Positions 22,992-32,924 of a DNA stretch of 64,000 bases are shown here, piece by piece (position 1 is the stretch's first letter; every line of letters begins with the position of its first letter). The translations under genes were made by a program, and so were the position numbers. Origin of the DNA: Bradyrhizobiaceae bacterium (lineage in GTDB: Bacteria > Pseudomonadota > Alphaproteobacteria > Rhizobiales > Xanthobacteraceae); NCBI GenBank assembly GCA_020853885.1, contig JADYXZ010000020.1, positions 378,707 to 442,706 of the forward strand. The letters run 5' to 3'. The notes beneath the pieces were generated by a model. It was not told the DNA's origin, did no database searches, and saw only the letters and a program-made list of their open reading frames with translations.

Positions 22992-23564
22992 ATGGAATTT
23001 ATAGCTGTAACGATCATTTTGCTTTTCCTTCTGGCCCTAGCTGGAAAGTCGCGACGGCGTTTTTACGGTCCATCTCCAAGGACGCGTTCTCGGCTGCTTC
23101 AGCTTGGCCAGCAGCAAGGGCGCGACCTGACAGATGTTGGGCAACAACTGCACGCCGTTATGGCAGGTTCGTTCAACAGGCAGCGTGTGTTGAGCCCTTC
23201 AGAGTATCGTGTCTTCCAGATCGTCGAAGATGAAGTCGCGGCGCAACGTGCCGGCTATCGTGTCTTCGCGCAGACCAGCCTTGGCGAAATCCTTTCGTCG
23301 AACGATCGGGAGGCCTATAGCTCAATCAACAGCAAGCGCGTCGATATTCTCGTTATCGATTCCGGCGGTTGGCCATTCTTGGCTGTCGAGTTTCAAGGCG
23401 ATGGTCACTATCAAGGTACGGCGGCCGCGCGGGACGCCGTAAAAAAGGAAGCCCTACGTAAAGCTGGTGTCCGATACTTGGAATTCGGCGCAGCCGACAC
23501 CCCGGATCAAATAAAGTCTCGCCTCCGCGAACTCTTTGCCCAAGGGCGGGCAGGAGCGAGCTAG
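22992..23564 (+). CDS. DUF2726 domain protein (PD-(D/E)xK nuclease-like fold) with N-terminal TM helix
   Basis: N-terminal TM helix MEFIAVTIILLFLLALAG, then SEYRVFQIVED...SKRVDILVIDSGGWPFLAVEFQGDGHY...RDAVKKEALRKAGVRYLEF, which matches the DUF2726 pattern. Confidence 0.78.
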   Translation: MEFIAVTIILLFLLALAGKSRRRFYGPSPRTRSRLLQLGQQQGRDLTDVGQQLHAVMAGSFNRQRVLSPSEYRVFQIVEDEVAAQRAGYRVFAQTSLGEILSSNDREAYSSINSKRVDILVIDSGGWPFLAVEFQGDGHYQGTAAARDAVKKEALRKAGVRYLEFGAADTPDQIKSRLRELFAQGRAGAS

Positions 23565-23566
23565 CA

Positions 23567-25233
<1,667 letters not shown>

Positions 25234-25354
25234 GGCGGGCTCCTCCAAACGCGAAGGGGAGACGCAACCCGTCTCCCCTTTGATCTGGACCCGCTTTCTC
25301 GAAGGTCCCCCGGTTCGACGAGTGCCGGTGGGATCCTTCGCTGATCTCCACCGC

Positions 25355-25627
25355 TTATTTGGCCGTAGCCTCCTGCATCGGGACTACCGACACGGTGACG
25401 CGGTCTTTCGCATGGGCGCGGAATTCCACGGCACCTTCCACGAGCGCAAAGAGGGTATGGTCCTTGCCCATGCCGACATTTGCGCCGGGGTGCCATTTGG
25501 TGCCCCGCTGGCGCACAATGATGTTGCCGGGGATCACCTGCTCCCCGCCAAAACACTTCACGCCGAGCCGGCGACCTGCCGAGTCGCGGCCGTTACGCGA
25601 AGATCCACCTGCTTTCTTGTGTGCCAT
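25355..25627 (-). CDS. rpmA: 50S ribosomal protein L27
   Basis: [24 protein letters not shown]. Confidence 0.97.
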   Translation of the reverse strand: MAHKKAGGSSRNGRDSAGRRLGVKCFGGEQVIPGNIIVRQRGTKWHPGANVGMGKDHTLFALVEGAVEFRAHAKDRVTVSVVPMQEATAK

Positions 25628-25688
25628 TTCGAACTCCAAATATCGTCAGTCTATACACCAGATTCGTGACGGGCTCGTTCACTTCTTT

Positions 25689-26189
25689 TTACTTTTTCTT
25701 GCCCTTGGCCGGAGCCTTTGCTTTCGCCCCGCTTTTTGCCGGCGTTTTCGCCTTGGCCTTGGTCTTGGCGGCCTTGGGCTTCGCGGCTGCTTCCTCGCCC
25801 TCGGTGGCCTTGGACTCGGTCTTGGCTTCCGCCTTCGGCTTCGGCGCGGCCTTGGGCTTTGCCGTCAGCGAGGGCTGCCTGCCGTCGGTGAGGATCTCGG
25901 TGATCCGCACGACGGTGAAGTCGTCGCGATAGCCGCGCTTGCGCTTGGAGTTCTGGCGGCGCCGTTTCTTGAAGGCGATGACGGTGCGGCCGCGGCCCGC
26001 GCGCACGACCTCGGCGGCGACCGTCGCGCCCGCGACCGTCGGCGCGCCCACCACGGGGCTGTCGCCGCCCAGCATGAGGACCGGGAAGGTGACGATCTCG
26101 CCGGGCTTGGCCGTGAGCTTGCCGACCCGGAGGACCTCGTCGGCGGCGACCCGAAATTGCTTCCCGCCCGTCTGAATGACCGCGAACAT
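25689..26189 (-). CDS. rplU: 50S ribosomal protein L21 with Lys/Ala/Pro-rich C-terminal extension
   Basis: [14 protein letters not shown]... L21 core, followed by the tail [13 protein letters not shown]...[12 protein letters not shown]. Coordinates are derived from the ORF track frame. Confidence 0.93.
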   Translation of the reverse strand: MFAVIQTGGKQFRVAADEVLRVGKLTAKPGEIVTFPVLMLGGDSPVVGAPTVAGATVAAEVVRAGRGRTVIAFKKRRRQNSKRKRGYRDDFTVVRITEILTDGRQPSLTAKPKAAPKPKAEAKTESKATEGEEAAAKPKAAKTKAKAKTPAKSGAKAKAPAKGKKK

Positions 26190-26562
26190 CTTGATTTTCC
26201 AAGGGTTTGTCGGGCACCGCGCGCCCAGCAACAAAGCGCGCGGGCCGTGAGACCCGCGCTTTTGCAGGGGTTATGGCCGCGCGGCCGGAGCCTGTCAAGA
26301 AAAGGGCGCGGGGCTTTATTCATTGCCCCGGCGGGGGTCTCGGGGCCGAAGCAAGCAAGGCGAGGCCCCGGCGCTGCTTGCACCGGTGGCCTGCGCTTCG
26401 CCCCGTCGGCGCGGCGCGGGAACGAGCGGCGTGTCCCGATGCGATCGGAATCCGCTTCAATGCTTGCATTCGCGCCGGCCCGCCGTACATCGCAGAACGG
26501 AACGCGCCCGCGTCTCCTTGTGCCGCGGGAGACGCTTGGCTAAGTTCCGCGCGCCGCAGTGC

Positions 26563-26652
26563 GGAGAGGTGGCTGAGTGGTTGAAAGCACCGCACTCGAA
26601 ATGCGGCATACGGGTAACCGTATCGTGGGTTCGAATCCCACCCTCTCCGCCA
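26563..26652 (+). tRNA. tRNA-Ser (anticodon CGA), long variable arm, encoded CCA
   Basis: Acceptor stem GGAGAGG/CCTCTCC; anticodon stem-loop CCGCA-CT-CGA-AA-TGCGG; long variable arm; T-arm GTGGG-TTCGAAT-CCCAC. Ends are +/-1 nt. Confidence 0.9.
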
Positions 26653-27013
26653 GCGACAGCAACGTTCTCCCTTGGCCGATTCTCTCCCGATAGATTCAGC
26701 CGCCGCAGAATCCCGGCTGCACCATCGACAGTCTGCGCCGTCCGACGGATGTGATCGAGACTCTCGCTCTCCGCTGCGACGAGCTCATGCCGACGGCATG
26801 CAATCGTATGAGCCAAGAAATTGCAGCTTCCGTCTGTGCGCAGTGCGGACGTGCGCTGCCGCTGCGACTTAGTCGACTCCGGTGTCCGGTCTCTTCAAAG
26901 CCGCAGCGAGAATCCCTAAAGTGCACCGCCCGGCAAAGCCGGGCATGCCGCGACGTGGTGGACGACAAGCCGCCGTGCAGCGGGCGCGTACAGGCGGGGA
27001 GTGACAAGCTGGC

Positions 27014-28534
27014 ATGAGCGGCAAGCAGATCGGATTTGTGGACACCACGTTCCGCGATGGCTCGCAGAGCCTGTGGGCCATGGGAATGCGCAGCGGCATG
27101 ATGGAGGCGATGGCGGAGGACCTCGACAAGGTCGGTTTCGACGTCATCGAGGTTCCCGGCAATTCGATTCATTTCAAGAAGCTCATCCGCGATCTCAAGG
27201 AAAATCCATGGGATCTGATGCGCATGCTGGCGAGCAAGATGCCGCGCACGCCGAAGAGCTGCATGGGCAGCAATTTCAATCTCAATCCGTTCGGGACGCC
27301 GACGCCGCCGGCGCTTGGCAAGCTGTTCTGGACGCTGCAGGCCGAGATCGGCGCCGTCAACCGGCTGCAGCTCACGTCGAACACGGCCGATCAAATCACG
27401 CGCGTGTTTCCGACGTTTATTCCGTTCATCAAGGGATTGGGAATCAAGGTCGCCTGCGCCCTGTCGTTCAGCATTTCGCCCCGCCACACCGACGAGAGCT
27501 ACATCGAAAAGACCAAGGCGCTGGTCGCGCTGAATCCCGACGTCATCTATCTCAAGGATCAGGGCGGGCTGCTCACCGTCGACCGCATCCGCACCCTGAT
27601 CCCGGCGATCGTCAACCATGCCGCCGGCATTCCGTTCGAGCTGCATTCGCACTGCACGACGGGCCTCGCGCCGCTGGTCTACATGGAAGCGCTGAAGCTC
27701 GGCGTGACCGTGCTGCACACGGGCGTGCCGCCGCTCGCCGACGGCTCGGCGCAGCCGTCGATCCTCAGTGTCGCGCGCAATGCGCGACTGCTCGGCTACA
27801 CGCCCAAGGTGGACGAAACGCTGTTGCAGTCGCTCTCCGGCCGCCTGCATGCGTTCGCGGAGCAGGACGGCATGCCGATCGGCCGTCCTCTGCCCTACGA
27901 CTGCGCGCAGTACGTCCATCAGATCCCGGGCGGCGTGATCTCGAACTTGAAGTTCCAGCTCGCAGAGCTGCACCTGCAGCATCGTTTGCAGGAGGTGATC
28001 GACGAATGCGTGACGATCCACCGCGAGTTCGGCTACCCGATCATGATCACGCCGTACTCGCAGTTCGTCGGCACGCAAGCGGCGCTCAATGTCGCGACCG
28101 GCGAGCGCTACAAGGTGGTGATCGACGAGCTCATCCGCTTCGCGCAGGGCGTCTTCGGCGAGGATTCCGGCTACCGGTGGATGGACGAGAATCTGAAGGA
28201 CCGGCTGGTGAACAGCGCCCGCGCCAAAGAGCTTTCCGTGCTCGACCGGCGGCCGCTCGACGACCGCTCGATCGAGGAGCTGCGCGCAACGCTTGCAGGG
28301 CCGGGCGTGTCGGACGAAGAGCTGCTGATGCGCACCATCATGCAGGGCACGCGCGAGATCGACGCCATGCGTGCGGCCGGTGCGCCCAAGCGCTACTTCA
28401 CGAGCAACATGCCGATCGTCACGCTGCTCGATCAACTGAACAAACAGTCCAAGGTGCGCTACGTCAGCATCCAGCGCGGCAGCGAAAGCGTCGTGCTGCA
28501 GCGGCGCGGTGCGTCGGCGGCCTCAATCCATTGA
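27014..28534 (+). CDS. Biotin-dependent carboxylase, carboxyltransferase subunit (5S / oxaloacetate decarboxylase alpha-like, HMGL-like TIM barrel); no fused biotinyl domain
   Basis: IGFVDTTFRDGSQSL N-terminus typical of the pyruvate carboxylase/OadA carboxyltransferase domain. 506 aa, ending without an AMKM motif. Confidence 0.82.
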   Translation: MSGKQIGFVDTTFRDGSQSLWAMGMRSGMMEAMAEDLDKVGFDVIEVPGNSIHFKKLIRDLKENPWDLMRMLASKMPRTPKSCMGSNFNLNPFGTPTPPALGKLFWTLQAEIGAVNRLQLTSNTADQITRVFPTFIPFIKGLGIKVACALSFSISPRHTDESYIEKTKALVALNPDVIYLKDQGGLLTVDRIRTLIPAIVNHAAGIPFELHSHCTTGLAPLVYMEALKLGVTVLHTGVPPLADGSAQPSILSVARNARLLGYTPKVDETLLQSLSGRLHAFAEQDGMPIGRPLPYDCAQYVHQIPGGVISNLKFQLAELHLQHRLQEVIDECVTIHREFGYPIMITPYSQFVGTQAALNVATGERYKVVIDELIRFAQGVFGEDSGYRWMDENLKDRLVNSARAKELSVLDRRPLDDRSIEELRATLAGPGVSDEELLMRTIMQGTREIDAMRAAGAPKRYFTSNMPIVTLLDQLNKQSKVRYVSIQRGSESVVLQRRGASAASIH

Positions 28535-28568
28535 TCTCAATCGTGAAGCAACACCTCAGGAAACGTCC

Positions 28569-29084
28569 ATGAGTCACCCCTTCAGCTCGCTCAGCGAGGC
28601 CGACATCCGCCAGCTCACGCAGCTGATCGACAGCCTCGAGCGTTCGGCCTTCGATTTCCTGCAGGTGCAGGTCGGCGACCTCAAGGTCACGGTCGGCAAG
28701 GGAGACCCCGCGATGCTTGCCGCGCCTGTGGCAACGCCTCCGGCTGCGCCGGCCGCCGCCGCGCCTGCTGCTGCGCCGGTTGCTGCTGCCTCGCCGCCGG
28801 CAGCGGCTGCGAAGCCTGCATCGGCGCCGGCCGCGGAAGCGGGAACCATCGACATCACCTCGCCGCTGCTTGGCGTGTTCTATGCGCAGGCCGAGCCCGG
28901 CGCGCCACCGTTCGTCACCGTCGGCGCCGAAGTGCGCGAAGACACCACCGTCGCGCTGGTCGAAGTCATGAAGACGTTCAACGCGGTGCCGGCCGGGCGC
29001 CGCGGCATGATCACGGAAGTCTGCGCGCAGAATGCGCAGCTCGTCGAATTCGGCCAGGTATTGTTTCGGCTGCGGCCCGCGTGA
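28569..29084 (+). CDS. Biotin carboxyl carrier protein (AccB-type)
   Basis: Ala/Pro linker, then the biotinyl domain with the VEVMKTFN attachment-lysine motif. An AGGAAA SD precedes ATG 28569. Confidence 0.85.
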   Translation: MSHPFSSLSEADIRQLTQLIDSLERSAFDFLQVQVGDLKVTVGKGDPAMLAAPVATPPAAPAAAAPAAAPVAAASPPAAAAKPASAPAAEAGTIDITSPLLGVFYAQAEPGAPPFVTVGAEVREDTTVALVEVMKTFNAVPAGRRGMITEVCAQNAQLVEFGQVLFRLRPA

Positions 29085-29115
29085 GCCGCATTCCTGACCA
29101 GTTGAAAGCTGCAAC

Positions 29116-30507
29116 GTGGCGCTGTCCCGGGTCCTGATCGCAAACCGCGGCGAGATCGCTGTGCGGTTGATCCGCGCCTGCCAGGATCTCGGCCTCGCCA
29201 CCGTGGTCGCGGTGTCGGAGGCGGATCGCGACAGCCTGCCCGCACAGCTTGCCGATCGCGCCGTCTGCATCGGCCCGGCGCGCTCGAGCGACAGCTATCT
29301 CAATCCGAAGGCCATCGTGGCGGCGGCGCTCGGCACGCAGTGCGACGCCGTGCATCCCGGCTACGGGTTTCTGGCGGAATCGCCTTCGCTTGCCGACGCT
29401 TGCGCGGCCGCGGGGCTGACGTTCGTCGGGCCGCGCGCGGAGCACTTGCACAGCATGGGCAACAAGATCGAGGCGCGTAGCTTGGCGCGCAGCCTCGGCG
29501 TGCCGACGCTGCCCGGATCGGACAGAATCCAGTCCGCTCAGGAAGCGATGGAGGTCGCCGGGCGGGTCGGATTTCCCGTGATGATCAAGGCCGCCGCCGG
29601 CGGCGGCGGCCGCGGCATGAAGGTAATCACGCGGGCCGAGGATCTGCCGCAGGCAATCGTGTCGGCTGCGGCCGAGGCGGGCGCCGCGTTCGGGGATTCG
29701 ACGCTCTATATCGAGCACTACGTCGCCAACGCACGCCACATCGAGGTGCAGGTGCTCGGCGACGGCGCCGGCCATGTCATCCACCTCGGCGAGCGCGACT
29801 GCTCGCTGCAGCGCCGCCACCAGAAGCTGATCGAAGAGGCGCCGGCGCCGGGCATTCCCGCCGCGCTGCGCGAACAGATTCATGCCGCCGCGATCAGGCT
29901 CGTCGGCCATATGAACTATCTCAGCGCCGGCACCGTCGAATTTCTCTTCGATTGCGACACGCGGGAGTTCTATTTCCTCGAGATGAATACCCGTATCCAG
30001 GTCGAGCATCCGGTGACGGAGATGCTGACCGGGGTCGATCTCGTCGCCGAGCAGCTGCGCATCGCCGGCGGCGAGGGGCTGCGCTTTTCGCAGCGCGATA
30101 TCGGCTTTTACGGCCACGTGGTCGAATGCCGGCTGACCGCCGAGCAACCCGAGCACGACTTCCGCCCCAATGCCGGAAAAATCACGCAATGGGATCCGCC
30201 GGCGGGCCCCAACATTCGCCTCGATACCCACTGCTACGCCGGTTACAGCGTGCCGATATTCTACGACTCGCTGCTGGCGAAGCTGATTGTCCACGGCGTC
30301 GACCGGCCGGATGCGCTCGCCCGGGCCAGCCGCGCGTTGCGCCGCTTCCGGATCGGCGGTGTCGGCACCAATGCGGCATTCGCCGCCTTCGTGCTGGACA
30401 GCCCCGAGTTCTCGGAGGGAAGGCTTGACACGCGGCTTGCCGAGACGCTGATCGCGCGGTTTGTCCGGCAGGAGAGCGCTACGCCGACAGGCGCCGATCG
30501 GATTTGA
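29116..30507 (+). CDS. Biotin carboxylase (AccC-type, ATP-grasp)
   Basis: RVLIANRGEIAVRLIRAC, GYGFLAE, the Gly-rich loop GGGGRGM, and EMNTRIQVEHPVTE. Confidence 0.92.
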   Translation: MALSRVLIANRGEIAVRLIRACQDLGLATVVAVSEADRDSLPAQLADRAVCIGPARSSDSYLNPKAIVAAALGTQCDAVHPGYGFLAESPSLADACAAAGLTFVGPRAEHLHSMGNKIEARSLARSLGVPTLPGSDRIQSAQEAMEVAGRVGFPVMIKAAAGGGGRGMKVITRAEDLPQAIVSAAAEAGAAFGDSTLYIEHYVANARHIEVQVLGDGAGHVIHLGERDCSLQRRHQKLIEEAPAPGIPAALREQIHAAAIRLVGHMNYLSAGTVEFLFDCDTREFYFLEMNTRIQVEHPVTEMLTGVDLVAEQLRIAGGEGLRFSQRDIGFYGHVVECRLTAEQPEHDFRPNAGKITQWDPPAGPNIRLDTHCYAGYSVPIFYDSLLAKLIVHGVDRPDALARASRALRRFRIGGVGTNAAFAAFVLDSPEFSEGRLDTRLAETLIARFVRQESATPTGADRI

Positions 30508-30605
30508 TCCCCGCTGGGTCTGCGCCCGGCTACCGGCGCATGCCGGCGCTTGGTATCATTTTTCTTCGGGGAAGGACTGGGCGGTGCTGGCCAAGGGAGG
30601 ACAGC

Positions 30606-30899
30606 ATGCCGACATTCATTTGCGCGTTGGGTTGGACCGAGCAGGGCATCCGCACGGTGAAGGACGTCCCGAAGCGCGCACAGGCGGCGCGCGATCTCGC
30701 CAAGAAGGTTGGCGTGGAAATCAAACAGGTTTTTCTCACGTCGGGAGACGACGATCTGCTCGTCATCGTCGATGCGCCGAACGGCGACAATGTCGCGAAA
30801 TTCGCGCTCGCCCTGAGCTCGGCCGGCAACGTGCGCACCCGCACCGCGCGCGCGTGGTCCGAGTCGGAAATGAACAAGCTGATTTCCGAGTTGCCGTAG
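30606..30899 (+). CDS. GYD domain-containing protein
   Basis: 97 aa. MPTFICALGWTEQG... with GDDDLLVIVDAPN follows the GYD family pattern. A GGGAGGA SD lies upstream. Confidence 0.78.
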   Translation: MPTFICALGWTEQGIRTVKDVPKRAQAARDLAKKVGVEIKQVFLTSGDDDLLVIVDAPNGDNVAKFALALSSAGNVRTRTARAWSESEMNKLISELP

Positions 30900-30928
30900 C
30901 GTCCGCGGGGCGCTGAACGCTTTTCATG

Positions 30929-30982
30929 GTCATTCCGGGCCCGCCGCGCTTGTATTCGGCGCGCGCGGCGTCCCGGAATGAC
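30929..30982. repeat. REP-like palindrome gtcattccggg ... cccggaatgac
   Basis: 11-nt perfect inverted arms flank a GC-rich internal palindrome, downstream of the GYD gene. Confidence 0.6.
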
Positions 30983-31609
30983 GAAAGTTGAATCGCTTAT
31001 TCCCGCCTGTTCCCGTGCAAGCATCTGAATGCGCGACCGATTTCTTTCCTGAGGAAAAAGTTACGCCCCCTCCTGTGCGGCGGGCTTACAATTCTCGCGT
31101 CCTGATCCACGCGAGGGGCGCTACCGGTGCGACCTGTGGTGCGGATCGGGAACGGCGCCCGCTGTCGTGCCTCGCAAGCACGGCACCGGGAGCTGCGGGG
31201 TTCCGCCCGGCGGCATTAAGACCGCCTGCCAGGAGCTGGCTGAGAGCGGGCCGACTGGACGGAAGTCCGACTGGCCTCGGGAAAAGCGCGGCCCGCAGCT
31301 GAAGACGCCGTGATGGAGCGCCGCAAGGCGCGCGGTCAGCGTCATTGGCCGCGGCGCGTCCCGCAAGGGACGCGAACACGATGCAGCGCCAACCGGCGCT
31401 CCATCCCCTCACTTGAAGTGAGGGAAACTGACGAAACCTCGGGCGGAATTCCGCCGCGAGAACGGGAACGGCTGTTGGAGAATTGAATCGACGAGAAACT
31501 CGGCGCTCGACGGCAGCGCCGGTCAGCCCATCCGCACGGCGTGCTATTCTCTGCCACATTCTCGACTCAACTGATTCGCGCTCCCCGGCGCGAGGGTCGG
31601 GAGGCGACC

Positions 31610-32593
31610 TTGTCCAAACCACGGCCCGACCGCGTGCCTGAGCATTCGCCATCGCGTCTGCCGCCGAACCTGCCGCAGTCGACGGTCCGCGAGATCGCGT
31701 CGTGGCTGGTCGGCCATACGGTCGAGTCGGTTGAGCGGGAGCTGATCCTGCACACGCTCGCGCATTGCTCCGGCAATCGCCTGTGGACCGCCAGCATTCT
31801 CGGGATTCCGGCCGGTGCGCTCGAGGAAAAGCTCCGCGGCTACGCGGAGCAGGGCTTCGCCGTTCCCGAGCCGGGCGATGCGCTCGCTGAAGACGGCGAG
31901 ATCGAAGAAGCCGATCTCGAAGAGGACGACGGCAGCGCCGATCCGGCGCCGCCAGCCGAAAGCGGGCAGCCGGGCGCCGAGGAACTGCCGGGGCAATTCC
32001 AGTCCGGCAAGAGGGGTGGCGCGCGCTGGGTGGCCGCGATTGCAGCGGCGGCCGTCGCCGCGGGCGCGATCGGCTTCCACATGGCCGGTGGCAGCGAGGC
32101 GATCGCCGCACTGTTCGGGGCCGATCCGGCGCCGGTCGTTGCGGTGTCGGTGCCCGAAAAGCCCGTATCGCCGCCGCAGGCAGCCGCGCCCGCAAAGGGC
32201 GAGCCGGAGGTGAAGGCGGCAAGCGTGGAGGAAGCACCGAAGGCGGCGCAGGTCCCGGTAAGGACCGAGCCCGCTGCAGCCGCGCCGGCGGTAATGCCGG
32301 TGCAGGCCGAAAACCCCATGCAGATCGAACGCGAGCCCGGCGAAGGTGCGGGCGGCGACGCCACCACGATCACGGCGGCCATCGAGCCAGAAGACCCGCT
32401 CGAGCTGCCGCAGTCGGCGCCATTGCCGGTTGCCAGGCCATCGCTGGAACAGCTCGTGCGGCCGAGGGCGGCGCCACGCGCCGCGCAAGCGAAGGAAGCC
32501 GCCGAAGCGAATCCTTTGCGATTCTTGTTCCCGTTCGGAAACCGTGCCGGCGGTCCCGGCGCCGGACCGGTCTGCTGCGATCGTGCGGACTGA
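31610..32593 (+). CDS. Membrane-anchored protein with N-terminal Fis-type HTH and Pro/Ala/Glu-rich C-terminal region
   Basis: VERELILHTLAHCSGNRLWTASILGIPAGALEEKLRGY resembles the Fis/NtrC C-terminal HTH. The TM helix is WVAAIAAAAVAAGAIGF. TTG 31610 is preceded by GGGAGG; the track ORF starts at 31541. Confidence 0.6.
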   Translation: MSKPRPDRVPEHSPSRLPPNLPQSTVREIASWLVGHTVESVERELILHTLAHCSGNRLWTASILGIPAGALEEKLRGYAEQGFAVPEPGDALAEDGEIEEADLEEDDGSADPAPPAESGQPGAEELPGQFQSGKRGGARWVAAIAAAAVAAGAIGFHMAGGSEAIAALFGADPAPVVAVSVPEKPVSPPQAAAPAKGEPEVKAASVEEAPKAAQVPVRTEPAAAAPAVMPVQAENPMQIEREPGEGAGGDATTITAAIEPEDPLELPQSAPLPVARPSLEQLVRPRAAPRAAQAKEAAEANPLRFLFPFGNRAGGPGAGPVCCDRAD

Positions 32594-32618
32594 AGCCGGG
32601 TCGCCCCGTTTCGGCCTG

Positions 32619-32924
32619 CTACGGTTTGACCGGCGTGGCCGGGCGCGCGAGGCCGGCGGGCAACGGAGCAGGATGCGTTTTCGACAGCAGCTCGACTGCC
32701 GCCGCGACCTTCTCACGCTGTCTGCGCTTCGCGTATTCGGCGAGGCGCCCATAGACGAGCGCAAGCTCCAAGGTCACGCGTTTCGCTTGGTGATCCTGCA
32801 GGGATTCCGCTAAGGACAGCGCTTCCTGCACCTGGCTACGCCAGTGCTGCTCGTCGCCGACGACATCCATTTCACGCCTCGCCACATCTACGCACATCGT
32901 GCGTCTCGCCGATTCGCGCCGCAA
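32619..32924 (-). CDS. Hypothetical small protein (start uncertain)
   Basis: 101-aa ORF convergent with the HTH gene. Codon third positions are mostly G/C, and I recognise no family. Confidence 0.35.
   Translation of the reverse strand: MRRESARRTMCVDVARREMDVVGDEQHWRSQVQEALSLAESLQDHQAKRVTLELALVYGRLAEYAKRRQREKVAAAVELLSKTHPAPLPAGLARPATPVKP

Noticed and set aside
22992-23564. The idea that the 190-aa DUF2726 protein and the 341-aa protein form a classic type II toxin-antitoxin operon.
   Set aside because: The genes are divergently transcribed rather than co-transcribed. Neither product resembles a small DNA-binding antitoxin. A defence or effector-pair interpretation is kept instead.
26155-26285. 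An apparent 1-nt frame inconsistency when hand-indexing rplU and overlapping ORFs around 26160-26280.
   Set aside because: The supplied ORF track shows uninterrupted ORFs in all affected frames. Coordinates agree again at 26323 and 27014. I treated this as a reading or line-indexing artefact on my side, not a frameshift. rplU coordinates follow the track.
26751-27017. An 88-aa ORF in the tRNA-Ser/carboxylase spacer.
   Set aside because: It has no SD and a Cys/Arg-rich improbable sequence, and it ends inside the start region of the carboxyltransferase gene. It is more likely a promoter or leader region.
26696-30294. 579-aa (26696-28435) and 427-aa (29011-30294) minus-strand ORFs, plus a 523-aa plus-strand alternative frame (27001-28572).
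   Set aside because: They overlap the carboxyltransferase and biotin carboxylase genes, whose frames carry diagnostic motifs. The alternatives have none.
31094-31609. Identity of the hairpin-rich region as RNase P RNA, tmRNA, SRP RNA, or a cobalamin, ZTP or c-di-GMP-I riboswitch.
   Set aside because: The conserved cores I know are not present. These include GGAAAGUCCGGGC and ACAGAACCCGGCUUA for RNase P, a T-arm plus tag ORF for tmRNA, GGAAGCAGCC for SRP, and the B12 box. The region is kept only as an unclassified structured-RNA candidate.
31086-32237. A 383-aa minus-strand ORF and several 70-180-aa ORFs in the 31-32.4 kb region.
   Set aside because: The translation is extremely Arg/Pro/Ala-rich and there is no SD. 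Part of the ORF is antisense to the HTH-protein gene and part covers the hairpin-dense non-coding region.
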